A stretch of 37,459 nt of DNA from Desulfobacterales bacterium (GTDB lineage Bacteria; Desulfobacterota; Desulfobacteria; Desulfobacterales; JAHIVH01). Shown in pieces: positions 23,410 to 31,769 of this stretch. Position 1 is the first letter of the stretch, and the number at the start of each line of letters is the position of its first letter. The notes below the pieces were generated by a model, which saw nothing but the letters and a program-made list of their open reading frames with translations, did not search any database and was not told the origin of the DNA. The DNA lies in contig JAGVHJ010000422.1 in assembly GCA_020056645.1 (NCBI GenBank), positions 1 through 37,459 of the forward strand, in the 5' to 3' direction. The translations under genes and the position numbers were made by a program.

Positions 23410-24978
23410 ATGAATTTTACGGGAGAACTCGATCTGCTGTTAAAAGCAAGGATACCGGTGATCAACATCGTGGGTGGCGACGAATCAAGGATCATCCGGG
23501 GGATCGAATCCCTTGCGGCTTCCTCAAAATGGCCTGCGGGTGAGGGCCTTTATTCCTGGGATATCGCCGATCAGTTTGTCTGTCTTCGGAATGGGCATAC
23601 CCGCTTTGATGTTTCGACCAAGGCGACGCCAGACACCATTCTGGAAATGATCGATGGATTTCAGGGCGGAGCAACCTTCATCCTGAAAGACTTCCACCAT
23701 GTCTGGGAAGCCAAGAAAAGCGTTATCCGGAAACTCAGAAACCTGTCCCAGAAACTGGTGAGTTCCCAGATCCGGAAGAACATCGTGATCACCACCCCCG
23801 AATACAAGCTCCCCATTGAACTGAAAAATGATGTGGTCTATCTGGAGTGTCCCAAGCCGGATGCCACAGAGATTGCCGCACTGATCCGCAGGGTTTTCGG
23901 TGAAGATATGCTGCGCGGGGTGACCCAGGAGCTAAAGGATAAAATTATCGAGTCGGCGCTGGGTCTGTCAAGTTCCCAGGTCGAACGGGTTTTCAGGGTG
24001 GCCGCTGTTTCCGGGGGAAACGGACGACTGGATGAATCGTGCATCGATCTGGTCATCACTGAAAAATGCCGGATTATCCGGGAAAGCGGCGCTCTGGAAT
24101 TTATCACCTCCACGGAGAAACAGGAAAGTGTGGGTGGGCTGGAGGTTCTGAAACGATGGCTTGGCCAGCGGGCCGAATCATTTACGGAAGAAGCCCGGAT
24201 TTATGGTTTGGACCATCCCCGAGGGCTTGCGCTCATAGGTATCCCCGGAACCGGAAAAAGTCTTTGCGCCCGGCTGATCGCCGGAATGTGGAAACTTCCC
24301 CTTTTGAGGCTCGATATGGGAGCGGTGTTCGGCGGGCTTGTGGGGCTTTCTGAAAAAAACATCCGGGAGGCCATCCAGATTTCCGAGGTGATTTCGCCCT
24401 GTATCCTCTGGATTGACGAGATCGAAAAGGCGTTCGCCGGATCAGGCGGAGACAGCGGCACGGCTGCGCGGGTTCTGGCCACGTTTCTGACCTGGATGTC
24501 TGAAAAGCAGCATCCGGTCTTTGTGTTCGCAACGGCCAACAATATCGAACGGCTGCCACCGGAATTCTTGAGAAAAGGACGATTTGACGAGGTCTTTTTT
24601 CTCGATCTCCCCTCCCATGAAGAACGCCGAAAGATCCTTGAAGTGCATCTCAACAAGAAAAATTTCACGATGGTGTCTCAGAAATTTGATTTGAACCGGA
24701 TCGCCACGGCCACGGAAGGGTTTGTGGGGGCTGAACTGGAATCCATCGTCAAGGATGCCATGTTTCCGGCCTTTATGGACAATGAAAGAGAATTGGAAAC
24801 AGAAGACCTGTTCAAAAGTGCCAACGACATGGTGCCTCTTGCAAAATCCCATTCGAGAGTCGTAGAAGAACTGCGTGTACTGGTAACAAGCGGGCTGGCG
24901 CGGAACGCATCAAAAGTCGCTGAAGAAAAAGTGGTAAGACTGGATACAATCCCCGGTGTCAGACGTCTGGAGATTTAG
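23410..24978 (+). CDS. Ycf46-like AAA+ ATPase, paralog 3 (522 aa)
   Basis: ATG 23410 is preceded by AAAGGAG; an alternative ATG at 23395 overlaps the upstream stop. N-domain IPVINIVGGDESRIIRGIESL. Walker A LIGIPGTGKSLCARLIAGMW. PLLRLDMGAVFGGLVGLSE. Walker B ILWIDEIEKAF. ATANNIERLPPEFLRKGRFDEVFFLDLP. Confidence 0.9.
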   Translation: MNFTGELDLLLKARIPVINIVGGDESRIIRGIESLAASSKWPAGEGLYSWDIADQFVCLRNGHTRFDVSTKATPDTILEMIDGFQGGATFILKDFHHVWEAKKSVIRKLRNLSQKLVSSQIRKNIVITTPEYKLPIELKNDVVYLECPKPDATEIAALIRRVFGEDMLRGVTQELKDKIIESALGLSSSQVERVFRVAAVSGGNGRLDESCIDLVITEKCRIIRESGALEFITSTEKQESVGGLEVLKRWLGQRAESFTEEARIYGLDHPRGLALIGIPGTGKSLCARLIAGMWKLPLLRLDMGAVFGGLVGLSEKNIREAIQISEVISPCILWIDEIEKAFAGSGGDSGTAARVLATFLTWMSEKQHPVFVFATANNIERLPPEFLRKGRFDEVFFLDLPSHEERRKILEVHLNKKNFTMVSQKFDLNRIATATEGFVGAELESIVKDAMFPAFMDNERELETEDLFKSANDMVPLAKSHSRVVEELRVLVTSGLARNASKVAEEKVVRLDTIPGVRRLEI

Positions 24979-25223
24979 TGACAGATACGGGGATCTGGCG
25001 AATTCGAAAAATCGGAATTGAAGATGCGCGTGAAACAAACCTGAGGATAGCATTCGTCTAAATTCTGGACTAAATATCTGGTTGCGTCTTAATTTTTAAT
25101 CGTTTTGCCCCGGTGGCATCCGGTATCCCCCCAGTTAATACATTCCGTCCGCATTTTAAATTTTATCCATAACTATTTATAATAACATATAAATTAATCC
25201 ATATATCAATATTTTTTCCTGCC

Positions 25224-25239
25224 TGGCAACATTTTTGCG
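25224..25239 (+). promoter_or_regulatory. Sigma-54 (-24/-12) promoter of the third module
   Basis: TGGCAAcatttTTGCG has correct GG-N10-GC spacing and lies about 98 nt upstream of ATG 25335, in a 356-nt AT-rich intergenic region. Confidence 0.65.
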
Positions 25240-25334
25240 AAACAAGATTTTAAATTTATCCGGCGGATTGAACGGCCCTCACGGGCAATTGTAACTTAAA
25301 AGCATAGGTTTTCATTAACCAGAAGGAAACAATC

Positions 25335-26663
25335 ATGGATCATTTGAACTACGTCAAACAACTCATCGAAGACGCAAATACGCCTGTTCCCTTTCCGGAA
25401 CCCATGAGTGAAATGAAGGAACCATCCTTTTTTAAGTCCGTTCTCAGGCTGCTGAAACACGAATTTGAAACAATTTATGGTATCGAGAAAAACCTCGATC
25501 CACAAAAAGAGGATCTAAAGCCAGCTGAACTGAAACGGTTCAGCCTGCGTCGCTTCACGCCGGACGTTAAAAAAATCCATGCCGCCCTCGAAGCGGATGG
25601 CGGCCAGGCCACCGGGGCCGGTTTTAACAGTTTCACCTTTTCTGTCCTTCTGGAACAAATGATCGTGATGGATCTTCATTTTTTTTCTGTGGATGCGCCT
25701 GAAGTGCGTCATTTTGAAAGACGCCAATGGGAGATCCTGATGATGATTGAAAAAGCGGAAGAAGCGATGAAAACCGATTACTGGGAGTCCAAATCCACCT
25801 GGCTCCATCTGATGCGGGAATCCGGGAAACTGGGGGTGGACCTGGCGGAAGGAATTCTCAATACCGTCTATGACAATGAAATCTATATCGAGGAATTCGG
25901 GATGCTGCTCACCCAGTTGAATATCGCGTTCATGAAAAAAACAGAACTTTCCATCTACTACGACCTGAAGACCAGCCATCCTGAACTCAGCCGCGAGGAT
26001 CTCCAAATCATGGCCGCGAAAACGGAAAACCTGAAACAGAACGATCAAAGAGTTCAGGAAAACATCTCCCGGGAAATCGATCCAAAGATCATTGAGCATA
26101 AGGATCGTCCCAATACCAGCCGGAACAGCAAGGAGCGGGACAAGATCATTTTAACCCTGGCCAATGTGATCCATGACGACCACCTGGTACATCATCCCAG
26201 CTACAACTCTCTGAATGACGGCGCGAAACAATACCTCTCGGATTTTCTCGCGGCCCTTCTTTCCGCTAAAAAGCCCTCTCCCTTTTCCAGCCCCGTGATG
26301 TTCGACGGGTTCAACCTCTCATCCCTGGAAGGACTGGTTTCAGCAGCGGACCATGTGGCAATGATTTTGACGGATGCTGGGATTTCGGACCTCAAACTCA
26401 GCGCCCTAGAGCGGGGAAAGAGCGTGGAGGCGATCCTTGATTTTCTGCACCGCGACATCCTGAGGCTCCAGCAGTCCAACCTGGCCCTTCGGGGAAATAT
26501 CGTCGGCCATCTGCACCATTCCGCCATGCTGAAAAAGGCGATTTTAAATAAAGCGGTGGAGGAGGAGCGGCTGAAAACAGAAATCCGAAGGGTAAATGAT
26601 TCCATCAGCCTGCTTCAAAGCATGCTCGACGACCTTTTTTTAGAGGAGGTCCCCCATGAATGA
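25335..26663 (+). CDS. Coiled-coil-rich protein, family member 3 of 3
   Basis: Aligns with the other two copies: ILTLANVIHDDHLVHHPSYNSLNDGAKQYLSDFL, LDFLHRDILRLQQ. It is shorter at the N-terminus. Confidence 0.7.
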   Translation: MDHLNYVKQLIEDANTPVPFPEPMSEMKEPSFFKSVLRLLKHEFETIYGIEKNLDPQKEDLKPAELKRFSLRRFTPDVKKIHAALEADGGQATGAGFNSFTFSVLLEQMIVMDLHFFSVDAPEVRHFERRQWEILMMIEKAEEAMKTDYWESKSTWLHLMRESGKLGVDLAEGILNTVYDNEIYIEEFGMLLTQLNIAFMKKTELSIYYDLKTSHPELSREDLQIMAAKTENLKQNDQRVQENISREIDPKIIEHKDRPNTSRNSKERDKIILTLANVIHDDHLVHHPSYNSLNDGAKQYLSDFLAALLSAKKPSPFSSPVMFDGFNLSSLEGLVSAADHVAMILTDAGISDLKLSALERGKSVEAILDFLHRDILRLQQSNLALRGNIVGHLHHSAMLKKAILNKAVEEERLKTEIRRVNDSISLLQSMLDDLFLEEVPHE

Positions 26664-28011
26664 TGAGGCCATGCTTCCCGCACGCATCCCCAGGTTTATT
26701 CCGCCGAATGATAAACCGTTTGATCTTCAGCCTTTTCGAAAACAACTGTCCCACCGGCTGAAGAAAAAGAACAACCCAATACCGATTCGTAAATTATTCT
26801 TTGGGGACCGGTATTTCGCCGTTGGGACATTTACCGAACAGGGGGGTATCCGGGTTTTTGACTATCACACCGGGCAGCCCCTCTATTTCCTTAAAAATGA
26901 AACCATTTTTAAGCCTTCAGCAGCCCTTTTGGGAAAACACCATGCTCTTATATGGCCCCCCGATAGTTTCGCCTGCGAAATCCGGGAACTGGACACCGGA
27001 AAGTGTGTCAAGAGGATTCCTTTCAAAAGGTCGTTGCTTGCCCACGCCTACGATCCCTCCGGGAGGCTCTTCACAGCCTCTAAAACAAATCATCTCCAGG
27101 TTTTTGATGTGGCCACGGGCGAGTTGATCCGGGAAAAAAAACTCGATTGCCACCGGATGCCCATCTCTGTGATTGAATGTTCACCCGCAGGAAAATATTT
27201 ACTCACCCTTGGCGTTGACGACACCGAAATTTACCTGTGGGATGCGGCCACCCTGGATCTTCTGGAAACCATTCGCGATTGCGGGACAAAAGCAGTTTAT
27301 CGCTGCGCCTTCAACCCCTCCGCAAGCCATGTTTTTGTGCGCGGAATCGAAAACAGGATCGCCTGTATCCATCTGGCCTCGGGTAAGATGGAAAAAAGCC
27401 TTGATTGCGAAGAAGATTATCCGAATAAATTTTCTTTCACGGACGATGGCGCGCGGCTCGTCTCCTATTATACGGACGGAGGCATGGTGCGCATCTGGGA
27501 CATCGAAAAAGGAACATCGCGGAAATTTATGACAAAACATGTCAAGAGGCCACGATTTTTTAGCGTTCACCGGGGGAAAACCATGATCGTCGGCGATGAA
27601 ACAAGACTGGACCGGCTCACCTACATCGATATGGAAAAAGACACCCTTCTCGGGTGCTTTTATCACGGAAAAGATACTTTCCTTTGGGTCACACCGCCTC
27701 GGGGCCGAATCTGCCCGGCGCTCTTCTATACCGATGCACCAGAAAAATGGATCGATGTGTTCGAAAAAAAGGGTGAGAAATCAGCTCTTCTGAGGCTTTC
27801 CCCCGCTGATCCCGGTTGGGAGGCCCATGTCATGGAAAGACTTGACAGGCAAACGGTCATGAAACGAATGAACAACGACTTGGAGGCATCACTGCGGGAT
27901 TGGGTAAGTATTGAAGAAGGGGTTGCTTCAACGGCTAATACCTTGATAGCGCGACTTCTGGCCCCGTGTCTTCCTGAAACAAAACAGGTTACGAAGGAGA
28001 CAAACACATGA
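26656..28011 (+). CDS. WD40-like beta-propeller protein, family member 3 of 3
   Basis: Start overlaps the upstream stop (ATGAATGA) and has RBS GAGGAGG. Blades include LQVFDVATGE, IYLWDAATLD, VRIWDIEKGT. It is collinear with the other two propellers. Confidence 0.7.
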   Translation: MNDEAMLPARIPRFIPPNDKPFDLQPFRKQLSHRLKKKNNPIPIRKLFFGDRYFAVGTFTEQGGIRVFDYHTGQPLYFLKNETIFKPSAALLGKHHALIWPPDSFACEIRELDTGKCVKRIPFKRSLLAHAYDPSGRLFTASKTNHLQVFDVATGELIREKKLDCHRMPISVIECSPAGKYLLTLGVDDTEIYLWDAATLDLLETIRDCGTKAVYRCAFNPSASHVFVRGIENRIACIHLASGKMEKSLDCEEDYPNKFSFTDDGARLVSYYTDGGMVRIWDIEKGTSRKFMTKHVKRPRFFSVHRGKTMIVGDETRLDRLTYIDMEKDTLLGCFYHGKDTFLWVTPPRGRICPALFYTDAPEKWIDVFEKKGEKSALLRLSPADPGWEAHVMERLDRQTVMKRMNNDLEASLRDWVSIEEGVASTANTLIARLLAPCLPETKQVTKETNT

Positions 28012-29351
28012 AAAATGGAAACCGGTTGTCCGAAAATCCAGCTCATCCTCTTCACTGGTTGGGTTCAAGGGATCTTTCGACGCTCAAACTGGCCGACAAA
28101 AACCGGATGATATCCCCTAATGCAATCAAGATACCCAGACAATATGGATGGATCGATGAAACCTTCAAGGGTGGGTCGGAAAAACTAATCATCTATATCA
28201 AAGATGCCACAGCGAACCAGGATGCTTCTGTGAAACAGGCATATCTGGTTGAAAACCTGCTTTTTTCCTATGGAATCAACCTTGTTTTTCTGGAAGGGGG
28301 CTCCCACGACGGAATTGGCAATGTTGACAGCCGATTTCATATGACCCCCGGGCAAAGAATCGCCGATGCCAGGAAAAAATTTGACGAGGGGGAAACCCTT
28401 GGCGTTCATTTTTTGTATCGTATTACGGACTACCCCCTGGATATCCGGGGAATGGAAGACAGATCTCTTTATGAGGCGGTTAATTTCAGACTTTTTGGAA
28501 AAATTGACGCCATGCGACCTGATGCGCGGCGGACAATAGGCCTCCTGAAAAGGGAAATCGACCAGAAAATAAAATTGTTCTTCAATTCACGGCTTTGTCG
28601 ATGGATGGTTAATCGAAACAAATTCCATGAAAACGATAATCTTGATGAATACGGGATTGTTTTATTCGAGGAGGCGAACAATCTCAAGATAGACTTGAGC
28701 ACCTATCCCGACTTCAATCAGTTTTGCGAGGTGAATCGCATGGATAAACGGATACTTATATTTGATATGGACAGATACACAGCACTGTATAATCAATTGG
28801 ATTTTAAAATTATTTATAATCAAATTTGTGAACTGGAAGAAGAAATACATGGTCGGCTGATATCCGGAAAAGATGAGGAGCGGCTTGACACTTTCATGAA
28901 ACAAGTAACCCTGATAGACGATTTTATTTCCCTTGGTCTCACACCTGCGGAATATGAACACTATCTTTCCATTAGAAACGATATCAATGTGGCCGGATGG
29001 CCTGAATTTTTCAGGGAAATATTTCCCGGCGAGGTATTGGGGGATATCGATATTTCAAGTGTTGAAAATATCATTCCTGTGGTGGAAGAGCTCTATTATA
29101 TCTGTATCGAAAGAGCCCATGTCTTTGTGGAGCGGGCCATCGACCACATCGAAAACTCCCGCGGAAACTGCGGCATCATGGTGGCCGGCGGATTTCATGC
29201 ACCCACGTTGGGTAGGCTTTTGAGGAACAAGGACATCTCCTATGCGATGATTTCTCCCGTCATCCAGGCACCCACCCAACCTGGCATGATAGAAAAGGTA
29301 CTCCGCAAGGATATTCAGAATAAAATCAAGAATGATATCGGCGAGGTGTAG
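28008..29351 (+). CDS. ChaN/Tiki-superfamily-like protein, family member 3 of 3; N-terminal E-x-H motif degenerate
   Basis: ATGA overlap with the upstream gene. The C-terminal HIENSRGNCGIMVAGGFHA is conserved. The N-terminal motif reads IIYIKDATAN where the other copies have IHIKEGHFN / IHIQEAHFN. Confidence 0.5.
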   Translation: MKNGNRLSENPAHPLHWLGSRDLSTLKLADKNRMISPNAIKIPRQYGWIDETFKGGSEKLIIYIKDATANQDASVKQAYLVENLLFSYGINLVFLEGGSHDGIGNVDSRFHMTPGQRIADARKKFDEGETLGVHFLYRITDYPLDIRGMEDRSLYEAVNFRLFGKIDAMRPDARRTIGLLKREIDQKIKLFFNSRLCRWMVNRNKFHENDNLDEYGIVLFEEANNLKIDLSTYPDFNQFCEVNRMDKRILIFDMDRYTALYNQLDFKIIYNQICELEEEIHGRLISGKDEERLDTFMKQVTLIDDFISLGLTPAEYEHYLSIRNDINVAGWPEFFREIFPGEVLGDIDISSVENIIPVVEELYYICIERAHVFVERAIDHIENSRGNCGIMVAGGFHAPTLGRLLRNKDISYAMISPVIQAPTQPGMIEKVLRKDIQNKIKNDIGEV

Positions 29352-29363
29352 GATTTTAAAAAA

Positions 29364-29777
29364 TCAACTCAATGAATTGAAAGGGTTGCATATGCGCAGA
29401 CGATCTTCGATAACCATTCCGTCCTGCATATCTTCGGAGTACAAAATGCCGCACCCTCCATTCAGGGCAGCCGCAACAATCATGGCATCATAAACGCTCA
29501 ATCCGTAGCGTTCAGCAACCCACCTTCCCCGATCATGTGTGTCTGATGTCAAAGGGTCAACACGACACATAGACCTAATAATTGTCAAGACTTCATCGAT
29601 TTCTATCCATGACATGTCTAATTTACGTCGAGCAACGCTTAGAACCTCATTTAATACCTGCACACTAATCAGTCCCCCGGCACGCAGAATTGCCTCGGCT
29701 TGATCCGCTTTTTCTTTGTCCGCAGACAAGGTATAAAGCAAAATGTTGGTGTCTATGAAGACTTCAGAATCTATCAT
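29364..29777 (-). CDS. vapC: PIN-domain toxin (VapC-like)
   Basis: MIDSEVFIDTNILLY (first acidic residue), SVQVLNEV, DAMIVAAAL, ILYSEDMQDG. The start could instead be ATG 29786. It overlaps the antitoxin stop. Confidence 0.8.
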   Translation of the reverse strand: MIDSEVFIDTNILLYTLSADKEKADQAEAILRAGGLISVQVLNEVLSVARRKLDMSWIEIDEVLTIIRSMCRVDPLTSDTHDRGRWVAERYGLSVYDAMIVAAALNGGCGILYSEDMQDGMVIEDRLRICNPFNSLS

Positions 29778-29997
29778 TGGCGTCATCCCGGTCGAGCTTG
29801 AAATCGGAGGGTAATTTCCCACGAAACCGCCTTAACCGCTTCAACAACTCTTCTCTTTCAGGCTTCTTTTTTACATGAAAGGTTCTCTCGCCAGCAACCA
29901 CAATCTCAATATTATCGCCTTCTCGTAATTCAAGCGCTTTAATTACGGAAGCAGGCAACCTTATTGCCAAGCTGTTACCCCATTTTGAAACTTGCAT
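29764..29997 (-). CDS. vapB: AbrB/SpoVT-type antitoxin (VapB/MazE-like)
   Basis: MQVSKWGNSLAIRLPASVIKALELREGD is the canonical SpoVT/AbrB swapped-hairpin start. ATG 29997 is preferred over 30009 on RBS grounds (GGTGGA). Confidence 0.8.
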   Translation of the reverse strand: MQVSKWGNSLAIRLPASVIKALELREGDNIEIVVAGERTFHVKKKPEREELLKRLRRFRGKLPSDFKLDRDDANDRF

Positions 29998-30012
29998 AAT
30001 CCACCCCATTTA

Positions 30013-30037
30013 GATATACATTTTTATATTGTATATC
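30013..30037 (-). promoter_or_regulatory. Putative vapBC operator/promoter palindrome
   Basis: GATATAC-atttttatatt-GTATATC lies immediately upstream of the antitoxin start. It is AT-rich and resembles a -10 element. Confidence 0.4.
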
Positions 30038-30155
30038 ATCAGGCCGATTGGAGGTCAATTCGAAAAAAGTTCAAGAACACTAAAAAAAATCACCGGGAGT
30101 GCACAAACAGTTTTTTTCGTTTCCATTGATCATGGTGAATTCGCGACGAACCGGA

Positions 30156-30207
30156 ATTCAAAGTCAAAGCACTATAGGCTAAAGCCGATAGTGCTTTGAC
30201 TTTGAAT
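30156..30207. terminator. Near-perfect 52-nt palindrome (20-bp stem) between the right-arm operon end and vapBC
   Basis: ATTCAAAGTCAAAGCACTAT-aggctaaagccg-ATAGTGCTTTGACTTTGAAT, 45 nt downstream of the stop of the 30252-31769(-) gene. No clean U-tract on either strand. Confidence 0.55.
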
Positions 30208-30251
30208 CAAGGCGCTTTTCCATGTGTGAAACTTTAGTTACTGAATTGTTA

Positions 30252-31769
30252 TTATTCAAGCAGTCTTTTCGCCGCCTGACGAAAGGATTTGTCTTTGGCA
30301 GCATCGTCAGAATCACTGTTGATTCTTGGCGATATTACAACGTAACTGATTTTTTTTTGTTTGAGCAATCGTTTGATGGTGAAAGAGTGGAATCCACCAG
30401 TAATCAGAATGCCTGCGTTTGAGCGAGAGTGTTCGATATGCATTAAAGTGCGATCAACAAAGTGATATGCCCGTCGGATACATGTGTCGTAAAATTCTTG
30501 TAACTTGCTGAACACTTCCTTTTGATATCCGGCCGGGGGCCGGATAACTTCTTTCGAACCGATTTCCATTAAACTTTCGTTTAAGAAGGGAAGCCATGCA
30601 TCAATATCAAATGTTTCCCTTTGGCTCATGTAAAATTGATATGCTTTTGGCCCAAGGGCCAAATCGAGAAATTCTAAAAGAAGATCCACTCTCTCTGAAA
30701 TTTCTTTCAACATCTGCTGTTCTTTGTTTGTAATTAATTGTTGATAAACGCCCTGGGCAAAGTCATCAATTTCTTCAAATAAAGATATTGTGTTAATTAA
30801 GCTAAATTCAGTCAGATATTGGGTGTATAGAAATAAATTTTTGGTATTTTTTTCAGGGTTGTCACACTGGGAAAGAATATAGCTGTAAAATTCAACCGGC
30901 GGGATGTGCCCTTTTATAAAATTCTGACGCATATCAAAAAGAATCTGTTTCATTTGAGGGTTCAGCGTTTTGTTCAGGGTGGAAAGAACGTGTTCCCGCT
31001 CGCCATCAACATCAAAAAAAACAATCCTTTCTTCCATATCGATAGTGTTTAAGAAATGAAAAAAATTGGGGAAGCGTGTCTCAAGGTCTTTGGAGCGTTT
31101 TTTTCCACATTTTTTTTTTAAGAACTGGGCCCACGCATTTAAAGCGATTGAGGAATCCCTACATTTTTGTTTCATTAACTCAAATTCCAGCAATGCTTTA
31201 CAATAAATATGCTGTTTCAGATCTTCAATCTGCTGCTGTATTTCCCCCAAGTAGCGCCTGGCAGCAGGTCGCAGAGGATCAAAGTTTGCAAAACACAAAT
31301 AATTAGAATCGCGAAGCTTCTGATTATCAACACCGCGGCAATCAAGTGGATAGTCCGAGAAAATATATAGATATTTATCTGCTGAGTAAGTGTTATCATC
31401 TATATCATCTTGTATTTCTTTAATTTTTTGTTTATCTGAGTAGCAATACCGTTCAAAATAATTTCTTGAGTCCTCTCCTGAGTCGCTCTCTTTCAGTAAA
31501 AGGGTGATTCCTGTTTTGTGTATGAGTTCATCAATGATATTTATTACGGAAACATAGGAGTCCTGATTGAAATGTGCTTCCTGAATGTGTATAATGAGTG
31601 CTTCATTTGTCTCACCCACAAACCGGTCTGTGATAGTCCCAAATTTTTCATTCACCGAGATTTCATCCGGATGAAAAAAACGTGTCTTATCCGCCAGATA
31701 TGGGGTTGTTTTTTTCCCGACATTAAAAAGACTGGATTCTGGGAAATTTGAAAATTTGAGGTTGATCAT
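30252..31769 (-). CDS. ChaN/Tiki-superfamily-like protein, family member 2 of 3
   Basis: LIIHIQEAHFN, LLLKESDS, HIEHSRSNAGILITGGFHS. It is collinear with 10453-11967. The start overlaps the upstream stop (TAATG). Confidence 0.5.
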   Translation of the reverse strand: MINLKFSNFPESSLFNVGKKTTPYLADKTRFFHPDEISVNEKFGTITDRFVGETNEALIIHIQEAHFNQDSYVSVINIIDELIHKTGITLLLKESDSGEDSRNYFERYCYSDKQKIKEIQDDIDDNTYSADKYLYIFSDYPLDCRGVDNQKLRDSNYLCFANFDPLRPAARRYLGEIQQQIEDLKQHIYCKALLEFELMKQKCRDSSIALNAWAQFLKKKCGKKRSKDLETRFPNFFHFLNTIDMEERIVFFDVDGEREHVLSTLNKTLNPQMKQILFDMRQNFIKGHIPPVEFYSYILSQCDNPEKNTKNLFLYTQYLTEFSLINTISLFEEIDDFAQGVYQQLITNKEQQMLKEISERVDLLLEFLDLALGPKAYQFYMSQRETFDIDAWLPFLNESLMEIGSKEVIRPPAGYQKEVFSKLQEFYDTCIRRAYHFVDRTLMHIEHSRSNAGILITGGFHSFTIKRLLKQKKISYVVISPRINSDSDDAAKDKSFRQAAKRLLE

